Source: Eledone cirrhosa (taxonomy: Eukaryota). Taken from it: a DNA stretch of 64,000 nucleotides. Positions within the stretch are counted from its first letter, which is position 1. The number at the start of each line of letters is the position of its first letter. Below the pieces are notes generated by a model. The model did no database searches, was not told the origin of the DNA, and was given only the letters and a program-made list of their open reading frames with translations. The DNA lies in the NCBI GenBank assembly GCA_964016885.1, contig OZ024743.1:286502001-286566000 (forward strand), in the 5' to 3' direction. A program made the position numbers and the translations under genes. Shown piece after piece: positions 53,901 to 64,000 of the stretch.

Positions 53901-55167
53901 ATAGAAGATCATCCTCTGTTGTGAATTGTTTTTTATTGTGGATAGTTTCATTGTTGTTTTTTGTCACCAGTGCAAAGTATAAATCCCTATTTGCTACTTT
54001 GTATCAGTTCTGTATCCTTACAAACACCCCAATAGATTTAGTTCTCCTATTCTTTCGTTCTGGTGCATGTTCACTGCTTCCCTTCTTTCTTTTTACTGTA
54101 TTCTCTTTCAAACATTATTATTTTGGAGCTTGTATCTATGTTTTTTTTTAAAATCAAAATCAGGCAATTAAAAAAAAAGATTGAAATAAACAACACCCAC
54201 AAGCAGGATGTTGTTTCGGAAATGAGAACCTCATTTCAGCATTTTTTTTTTATTGTCTACTGCTATTAAAATATCATTATGGACGTACACCAATGCTGAT
54301 CTATACTGTGATACTCTCTATATGAAAACTCAAACACATCTCATAAACGTAACTAATTGAGAAGCTACAACAAGCTCCATAGTTTGGGAGATAAATTATC
54401 TTTTTCTGGAACAGAATTACTTGAGAAAATTTTTATATGGCAGAGTTGTGGCTTGTATCCAGTGGATGATTGGTGATAATGATGCAAACTTTGCTTCTGC
54501 TGCATCATTTCTTGCAACAAAATCAGTTTAGTTAGCTGCTCTTTAACTGAATGAATTGATTTATGTTTGATACCAGTCATTTGAATATCAAATCAAGAGA
54601 ATATGGAAAATAGATATTTCTTTACATTTACTGAGCTTCTAGTAACACATAAAAAGGTGTCAATCCACGTGGTAGCTGAGTCAACTATGATGAACACTTG
54701 CCAGCATTTCATGTATATCCCCTCTCCTTATGTAGTTTCCCCAGGGATGTGATGAAGATCATTTATCTTTTCTAGCAATGCAAGTCTTTAAGTGAATATA
54801 ATAAGTGTATCTCTCTAAATAATTTTTTATATTATCAACTGTCTGAACATCAGCCAAAGATAATTCATTACCTATGTCAAAATGTAATGAACTTGTAAAG
54901 AACATTGAATCAAACTGATCTGAATTATACTTAAGTCAACTAAAAGCATCATGATTGAGGTAATTCTTAGAAATCACATTGCAGTAACATGAGGGCCTGG
55001 CAATCCACTGAGAAGTTCATCTAGAATGGACTTTAATTGAATAAGATTTCCTTAATAGAAAATATTTTGAATTTTCAACACGTTTCAAATGCAATGTTGC
55101 TAAAATTATTACCATGTAGCAAATATATGCTATGGGCTTTCCATTTCAAGACATTTGTAGACCATGC

Positions 55168-55435
55168 CATCATCACCGTTTTACGTCCGTTCTTCCACAC
55201 TAGCATGGGTTAGACGGGTTGTCCTGTTGTAGGCAATGTCTGGTCGACTGACCTTGTCTTGGTCATACGGGAACTGATTCGGGCTTGATTTCTACAGCTA
55301 GATGCCCTTCCTAACACCAACCTCATTTACAGTTAGTGCTAGGTGTTTTTTTTTCCATGGTGCCTACATGTCCACTTTACAGTGTGGGCTGGGTGCTTTT
55401 TTGCCGTGGCACCGCCACGACCACTTTGCAGTGGA
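55168..55435 (-). mobile_element. SINE-like element with RTE-type tail
   Basis: catcatcaccgttttacgtccgttcttccacactagcatgggttagacggg; close relative at 61244-61515. Confidence 0.8.
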
Positions 55436-58400
55436 ATGATAGGCACTCCAGTCCTATCATCTCATTTCTACAGCTGAGTAAACATTTTTCGTTAATTTTA
55501 CAAAACACATGTTCATCTTTATCCTGTTATTTTTACCAAAAACTAGTAGTCTGTCAAGCTACTTTTTTACCATAATTAAACAAGTCAAAACTATTTTCAC
55601 ACTCTTAGCATATTCACATTACACCAGGGAACACTGTGTTTTCGTCATGCCCTCTCACTTCATACACTGTTGCTAATAATTAGCCTCTATCATGGTTTTA
55701 CCTTGCCTGAATAATTTCTATCAGTTTAAATACACGTGCATTTGTCTAATTTTTCTTCTTACTGATAGTCTTTTAGCTGCTTTGTACACATTTAACTCAA
55801 CAACACAAACCACACCATTACTAAGAAAACATGGAAATATATGTGTACACATTTTACAACATAAATTATTTAATTGTCTTATCAATATACATTTTCACAA
55901 ACACATTTGTAAACTTTTCCTTTAATTGTTGCAAATTAAAATCTGAAAACTGGCTTTGTTTCTATGAAAGGTTTCCAATTTAAATTAAAATCTTCCAACA
56001 TAATTTTATATAAAAATCTTACATTAAGTAATGAAATAATTGATAATTTTAGTAAATCCCTCAAAATTCTTCATTCACTAATTGGAATAGAGCATATACC
56101 ATTAAAAATATGGTCATGAAAGAGTTCATTCTCAAGCTATATGTTGTGTAATTACCTCTGCATTATTCTACCAACAAAATCGATCTATTATTTGTTGGTA
56201 TTTAATAAAAGGAAACATATGGTACCTTCTTCTTATGTCCATAAGCTCACCTTTTAATTTTTCTGAACATTATTTCTGCTACTGCAAATTTAAAAGCATT
56301 GTTTCCACACAGCAGAAAATATTGTAAAACCAAGGTATCGTTTTCTTAAGAGCATGTTCTTGAATGACATTCCTTTTTGCTATGAGATACATTGATATCT
56401 CCAACCACTAACTTACAATCCCAAACACTTATCTTGCATTTAGATTTAGGACTTAAGAATACAGTAGTTCAGTCAAATGAAGCAACTATCCAGAGGTTTG
56501 TTTCCTCAGGTTCCCATAAGGACTCGGAAGAATCTTTATTTTTTTTTTTGCTTCCCAAAAGAACTCAATATTTTCACAGAAGAGACTTTTATTCTTTCAT
56601 AGACTGATAAGTTATTGGTGTGAGCAATACTTATTGTATTTGCGGTTTATCTCTTGCTAACATGATGTGTTCCTTCTTCTGTTTACATTGTTCAGTGCTT
56701 CTAGCTTTCTATAGCTTTTGTAAACAATGAAAAATGACAATCATTTTGATTTGGAAAATATCAATTTTTCTTCTCTTGAAGCCTATTCACTTCTTTCAGT
56801 TACCTTTTTTTTTTCATTCTTAAAACATGTTATTTGGCTGTGCTCCATCTTTCTATATTAATTGCATGAAATATGAATGACCTGCAAGCTGGAAAGGAAG
56901 TCTTCATCTTTTATAGCTGATTCTGCTGTGAGGTGAAAGCTGGAGACTTTCTCTCCTTGAATTGTGACTAACAAAAGAACAACTCTATTTATAAAGTGAG
57001 AGAGAGAGAGATCTGAGACTGGAATGTGTATCATCTTGTCCTTGTTTTAACTGGAAGTAGACAATTGGCCTGATACACTCATTGTATCAATATTTAACTT
57101 TCAAGACAGAATGCATTGGAGCTTCCTATTTAATTTCAGCTTCAAACCAGTTGGGTGGTTGGATTAACATGTGGCTCACGAGTGTGTGGATGAGCTTCTC
57201 ACTCCTGCTTCAAACAATGGATTATGGATGTTTGGGATTTATACGTCAGCTGATATATGATGTTGGTAATAATTAGATTGAACTTACTGCAGAGAAACAA
57301 TAGAGCATTGTTGTTCATTCACCTAATCTTGTCAGTGTTAGCTTTTATACAGGATGGAAGGAAGGTCAAAGTAAACACACTCATTGTTATTTGTACTCTC
57401 AGTTACTATGAGGCAGAAATACTGTAATGTGTAGCATGTGAATTCATGTCAGTCAGAATGTAAGAGACATCAAATGACATTCCTTGTTCTGTTGCTCCTT
57501 ATTGCAAAGAAGTACTCATTGTCATTTCATATCTCACCTTACCAAGAACAACAAAACTACAGCAGTCTTATGTCTTGTCATATATTACTTTAGTTATTTT
57601 GGTTACACTAGTCAGATGTAAAAGCAATATTGTTAAAATTAAAAAAAGCCTGGTTTATAATTGCAAGAACATAGTGGAAGCACAAACAAGGGATTGAGGA
57701 TATGACATGAAGTGTTATCACAAGATGAACACTTAATAGATACATATATCATTCCATCAATATTAAATATAGCACTTCTGTGTATTCATCAGAATAGCTG
57801 GGCTCCAATCTCTGTTGAAGCACAGATGACACTTTTGTAAATCCAACTAATGAATATTTTTAAAACAAAAAATTTTAAATTCAGGATATTGATTTCAACT
57901 AAACACATTGAATTGTAATATTCCTGTTTTTCCCAATAGAATCACTGATAGAAGCACTGTTGTAGATAAAATAAAACCAGTTCACTGCTATAAATTTCCA
58001 CTATTTAACTTTCTTTTTATTAGATGTTCTTATACATCCAGCACAAACAAATGTTTGTTGCCTACTAAAACAAAAATTAGAAGGAAGATGAAGCATTGCA
58101 GGCTTGTTGATCTTGCTCTCAACCACCAGCACTGGTTAGGAAAGATACTTGCAGTATCATGAAAAGAGGTAAAATGCATAAATTTCTCCATTAAAAAAAT
58201 GTCTATTTAATACCTATATGTAGTGATAGATGGTAAATGAAAATCCAATTTAGTTACTTAAAACCCAATTACACTTGACTAGAAATTGAGAAAAGGACTA
58301 ACAAATTATAAACAAACTAAAGATCAATAAACATTGTACTCAATACCATTAGTTTTGTGGTGGCACAGGTTGAAGCTAAACTGAAAAGAAATATTAATCA

Positions 58401-59138
58401 AACAACAATCCATTTCCAAAAATACTTTATTTACATTGAAATTGTATAATTTCCATAACATTTGTTAGAGGATAACATTGTGATATGTGATGTGTAAGAT
58501 ATATTCTCATACCTTTTTGCTAATGCTATATAACCAATAGCAATAACAGTGTGGCACACACACACATGCACAAACACACGCACAAGCACTGGCACACATA
58601 TGCACAAACACACCGCTCAGAATAATTTGTCAAATTTCTTGAGTGACTTGAATATTTCCAGTAAAAAATAAATGTAAATAAAGGCATTTTAATGCTAATA
58701 ATACTGCATCACTACATACGTGTAAGTGATATACATGTCTTTTGTTTTTTTTTAAGAAATGAAATAGGGTTGCTGAGAAGTTTAAATTCATCACCGTCAT
58801 GTTATTATCAGCTATGAGTTGGATGAGAGAGAGGAAATGGTATAAGAAATGTTTATATTGATTTCCTTCATATAAATATAACAATAGGGAGCTGATAGTG
58901 ATAACATGCAATGAAATCCAGGTTTTAAAAACAGATGGATAACTTGTCAATTACATTTTATTCACTTAATACTGTAGAAACGTTAACCACTGGTTTTAAG
59001 GATTCTTATCAATTTTTTAAAGAACTAACCTCAACAGCCAAATCTCCCTTATGTACCACACTCTAGTATTTTTAAACAGGAAGAACACATTGGATAATGT
59101 AGTACAAGAAGTACTAAGTGTATACATACATACATATA

Positions 59139-60001
59139 CAGGGTGAGGACGATATTTGTTCGCAATTTTCAACTGCTAATTTTATGCAAATTTTTTTTTA
59201 CTTCCGTTGTGGCTCTTGTCTTCATAAAAACAGTGACTATATTTCCATTATTTATTTTCAGAATAATTGATTATGAATAATTTTGAACCTCCAAATTTGT
59301 GGAAGAGACACAGAGTTCTTGGAATCCGCGCCGGGAGGACAAATAAGGAAATTTCAGACTTTCTCAGCGTCAGCAGGAGAATGGTGTCTCATCCAAAGAC
59401 GTGCTCAGAGTCATGCAGACAAAGTTTACAACATTGGTCTTAGGTGTCGTCATGCCACCTCATCTCTTCCCTGAGAGCCTCAAGCTGAACACCGATGGCT
59501 ACATCCGCGTTCTGAGCGAGGTAGAAAAGCCCTGGATCTACCAGGTAGCTGCAGGTAGGCCGTACGTGTGGCAGCAAGACTCAACGCCCTGCCATACCAG
59601 CCAAAAGACCCAAGCCTGGCTATCAGAGAATTTCGTCGACCACACTTCACCTGACATCTGGCCCCCCAGCTCGCCTGACTGCAACCCCCTCGACTTCTTT
59701 GTGTGGGGCGCAGTGGAATGAGACACCAACAGATCTAGCTGCTATACGAAAGACGATCTGAAGGCCAGGATCACAAGTGCCTTTAGGGACCTAAGTCGGG
59801 GGACAGTGACGAAAGCCTGTAGCTGGTTCCGAGGCCGCCTTGAGGCCGTCATCAAAGCCAATGGCGGGTTTATCGAGTGAGATCGAAAGAAGTCATGAAG
59901 ACAAACCGACCCGAATTTGATAAATATATCTTAAAAAATAAAACTACTGTGTTATTTTTTCCTAGACAGTAATCTTGCGAACAAATATCGTCTGCACCCT
60001 G
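59139..60001 (+). mobile_element. Internally deleted Tc1/mariner element, DD37D (maT-like) transposase remnant
   Basis: 27-bp TIRs cagggtg..gacgatatttgttcgcaa, TA on both sides; WQQD-(37 aa)-D ending WPPSSPDCNPLD; in-frame stop at 59719, frame continues to 59880. Confidence 0.9.
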
Positions 60002-61243
60002 TATATATATATATACACATACATACATATAAAATAGAGGTGATCACAGTTGGAATGTTTGGATCATAAGACTGCTTGATCAGAGCTGGCTTGGGGCTAA
60101 ACAACAACTGAATTTTCTAAAATCAGTTCTGCATCAAGCAAATAATTAGGTATTGTGAACTTATATCAATAACTACTTAATCTAATCCATAATCTATATA
60201 TAAGTGGTTAAGATGTTAACCTTCTTCACTGGATGACAAAAAGTCAACATTTCTTTCATGTTATTTTGTTGAACCTTTAAGAACAGTCACAGTATTCTGC
60301 TTGTTTGTTTTTTGTTTTTAAATTAGACACTATCTCTCCCATTTCGTATTAGAGTGGTCAACATTACAAAAAGTTTTTTGGGCTGTAAAACTACTAAGTC
60401 CAAGAATGAAGTCTACAAATTTAGTAATGATTTTCCAATTTTAAAAGAAATGAATTGGATTTGAAAGCTGTTAGGTGATCTTATATATTGGAGTTGAGAA
60501 CAAAATAAAACCCAACTAGGGTTAATGATAAAACAAAAATTTAATATATGATAATATAAAAAAAGCCTTTTTTTATGAGATGAAGAACAGGATGATATCT
60601 ACTTGTTAGAAGATGTACAAAAAGAAGAGTGTGAGAAAGACATTACCAAACCTTGGAGTATACCAGAAATGATATATTGTGGGCCAGAGAGAGTCCATGG
60701 TGCAGTCTGACAAAGCATGATCCAAGAAATGAGAGATTGATGGAGATTACAGATGGGCAATATAAGTAGAATCTTCTATGTAAAGGTTTTACTAATGTCA
60801 AATGAAACAGCATTGCTTTGCTGAAATTCCCCATAATGAAAGACTACAGGTGAAGGACATATGAGAGTAAATCTTTGATAGATCTGGTTCTATGGAAGCC
60901 ATGCTAGTTGTTCCTGAGGAAGGAGAGAAATTCAAGGTGATAAAAGAAGTCACTGTTTACATCTATGGCATGTTTAGAGTGAGTGTAAGAGAAGTTGGTG
61001 AGAATGGGAGATAGTTTTGGAGTTCATTGTTGAGGCTGATGGAAGAGATACTGTTATGACCAGTTCTTTTCCTGTGTTGGAGCAGACTTATTGATGCATG
61101 GGTTTTACAGATGCTAATGAACAAAGTAATGCCTTTTTTTAGTGATGTAATTACTGAAATAAATACAATCAAGAATCAAAAATTGAAATAAGGATAGGTT
61201 CTGGTAGTTTATTCCTACCAGAAACCATTTACAATATATATTT

Positions 61244-61515
61244 CATCATCATCATCATCATTTTACGTCCGTTCTTCCACGCTAGCATGGCTTAGACGGG
61301 TTGTCCTGTTGTGGGCAGTGTCCGGTCGGCTGACCTTGTCTTTCTCATATGGGGACTGATTCTGGCTTGATTTCTACAGCTGGATGCCCTTCCTAACACC
61401 AACCTCATTTACAGTGAGTGCTGGGTGCTTTTTTTCCGTGGTGCCTACACGTCCACTTTACAGTGTGGGCTGGGTGCTATTTTGCTTTGTCATCTCCACG
61501 ACCACTTTGCAGTGG
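61244..61515 (-). mobile_element. SINE-like element with RTE-type (GAT)n tail
   Basis: Closely similar to 55168-55435. Confidence 0.8.
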
Positions 61516-62319
61516 GAGGGTGTGGGGGCATATTGTCTATATACTTCAGCTTTGGTTTGTACCCGTGGGGGGGGGGGGTCTTCTGTATTACTGCATGATG
61601 CCAGAAGTCATGGTCGTGTGTCATATATATATATATAGTCATATCATCATTACCATTTAATGTCCGTTTTCCAAGCTAACAAGAGTTGCACAGGTCATCA
61701 CAGACAAATTCAATATTTAATCAGGTGCTTTTGATCGCAGCACTACATTAGGGAGGTTGCCACGTCTTTGACACAACTGAAGAATTCTCTCTACCTTTAG
61801 TTTGGCAAACTTTCTATGACTGGATGTCTTTCCTATCAAACAACTTTACAATGTGTACTGGGTGCGTTTATTGTGTCACCAACACTAGATAAGTTTTTGT
61901 GTCCTTGACACACAACTAAAGTCCTCTGAACCCTTTTTGGCATGGTTTCTACAATTGGATACCCTTCCTTTCATCAACCACCTTACATATGAAGCTATTT
62001 TCCTTAAGTAAAACATTCTTTTTCTCTATTTCTATGCCCCTGTATTCATTATGGTGTGTGTGTATGTGTATGAAGGTGATTTGGGATATTGGTCCTTTTG
62101 ACTCCAAACATAGGCAATGGTATGACTCGGCAGCCCTTTCCAGGGATAGCATTGCTCACCTGCTAGCCAGGAGGGACCTAGAAAAGGTGGTCTAAACAAA
62201 ACTTGCCTATATCTAAGTTGGCCAGCAACCTGTGGCTGGCAGCTGTTCACTTATGTGAGAAAAATACTTGTAATGTAAATGAAATGACTAATAAGACAAA
62301 TAATGGACAGAATACATCT

Positions 62320-63280
62320 TCAATGATATCTTTGAAAATTGCATCCTGGAACGCATACATGCTATTAGATTTACCAGTCTCAAATCATCCTGAAACATTG
62401 TTACCAGATGATAGCCAGCTAGAAGGACAGACTCAAGATACACCTTATTCTACAAAGGTCAGCCAGAAAATGAGCATTGTGAAGCCAGAATTGGTTTTGC
62501 TTTAAGAACCTCCCTGGTGCAACATCTGACTGAGATGGTACTATGGATATATCCTGTGCCTTGAACGTTTCCCCCAACGATGCTTGTTCTCCATCCACAA
62601 GATCTCACAGAGATTTCATACATCAGACACTGGTATGCTGCAGTGGGCATATCAGCCAAGCACTGAGGCAATGATCATGAAACTGACTCCGGTGGTCAGG
62701 TTACAGAGTATGCCAAGAAGACAGCAGACTCCCAACAAAACATGTATTGTATGGAGAGTTGTTGCAAGATAAATGTTTGCAGTGCAAGCCACACAAGCAC
62801 TTTAAAGACTGCATGAAAGATATCCCGAAGAAGGTCAACATCAACACCGAAACATGAGAAAATCTTGCAACAGACAGAGCCCGCTGGTGAAATCTGATTG
62901 CTACCAATGTTAAGGAATTTGAAAAAAAAGCAGAGAGCCTATGCTGAAGTGAGAAGAACAGCTAAATATATGGGAGATGTTAGTGTGCTCACAAAAAGGG
63001 GTTCAAAAGTGACTCTTACTTGTGAGGGATGCAGGCACATATGTCAAAGGCTGTGCTGCTAAGCCATAGCAGACATGATACTCATGGAAATAACACCTTT
63101 GGGTATCCCATGCACCTTGATTTTACATGTGACATCTGTACCAAAATGTATCACTTTGCAGGTGGGCTTACACGGCACCACAAAGTATGCCGCATCAATC
63201 AAAATCAAATAAGTGGGAAACTTACCTGCATACTGTGTGGTATGACATGTAAGTCACTTCCTGGTTTGATGACATCAATG
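62320..63280 (+). mobile_element. Decayed RTE-like LINE (APE endonuclease start, C-terminal remnants, C2H2-like fingers)
   Basis: SLKIASWNA, GIGFAL-like segment, LQWAYQ, HFKDCMK, FTCDIC..GLTRHHKVC; many frameshifts. Confidence 0.55.
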
Positions 63281-64000
63281 ACAGCAACATTAATAACACG
63301 TTTTTATCACATATTTTTTTGTTCTGTTCTAAGAGATGGCCATACAAGTTAGCTTTCACTATAGGTGTGTAAATGGATGAGAACTGTTTCTCATTAGAAT
63401 AACACAAAACAACACTGATTAATTCACTCTGCCCACCTATTAATATAATCATTTTTTTGCCAAATAATGTGTTCCATTAAACAAAGATAGCTGGTATTAA
63501 CTTAATAAGCCAATTAAAATATATTGCTCAGTATTGTTATTGAGATTTGAACTAAAAAAATGCAGTCATAGAACTATAAACCTCTTCTAAAAAACATCTA
63601 CTCTAGCTTTCTCTCTTCTGAAGTTTAATTGTTAAGAACTTAATTTATATGAAATATAGATCAATAGAAGTTGATCAGCTTGTATTGATTATATTGTTAT
63701 AACTGCTACAGTGATATACACATTAACAAATAACTATGGGCTTAGAAGACAGTTTATAGAAACTAAACTATAAATAATAATATTTATATATATCTCCCTC
63801 CACTTCTTGTTTGAGAGAGAGATTTCATTTCAAGAGAGTAGACCACAAAACTTTAAATCACTATAAATCACCATAGCAAGGTTTTAATAACGAGTCACTC
63901 TGCTCTTATTACTCTTCTAGCTAGCAAGAAAAAAGAAAGACACCAATGACTAGGTATCAAATGATGATCAATGGGTTGGATAAGTCATTACATTAACCAC

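Noticed and set aside
53900-59100. Possible further host gene exons in the AT-rich 3' region
   Set aside because: Only short ORFs without recognisable motifs or a consistent splice pattern; small exons cannot be excluded

Overview
AT-rich, microsatellite- and transposon-dense animal genomic DNA, most likely an octopus/coleoid cephalopod judging from the arginine kinase sequence and SINE types (inference). The only intact protein-coding gene is an arginine kinase (+ strand, about 27.0-47.4 kb). It has two paralogous first coding exons 10 kb apart, each behind its own homologous CCAAT/TATA promoter, and both can splice in phase to five shared exons (349/348 aa). The rest is mobile-element debris: Tx1-like, RTE-like and CRE-like non-LTR fragments, tRNA-derived SINEs, a hAT transposase remnant and MITEs, piggyBac-like and mariner MITEs, a DD37D Tc1/mariner element and a Helitron. 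The most unexpected signal is a set of hammerhead-ribozyme motifs of the Penelope-like-element type. Two related ~340-bp near-perfect palindromes next to (TA)n tracts each carry a hammerhead in both orientations, and several stand-alone motifs occur too; most lie in the long intron between the two AK promoters. Many other fold-back duplications, often centred on or next to (TA)n, are present. Coordinates were read by eye and may be off by a few bases.
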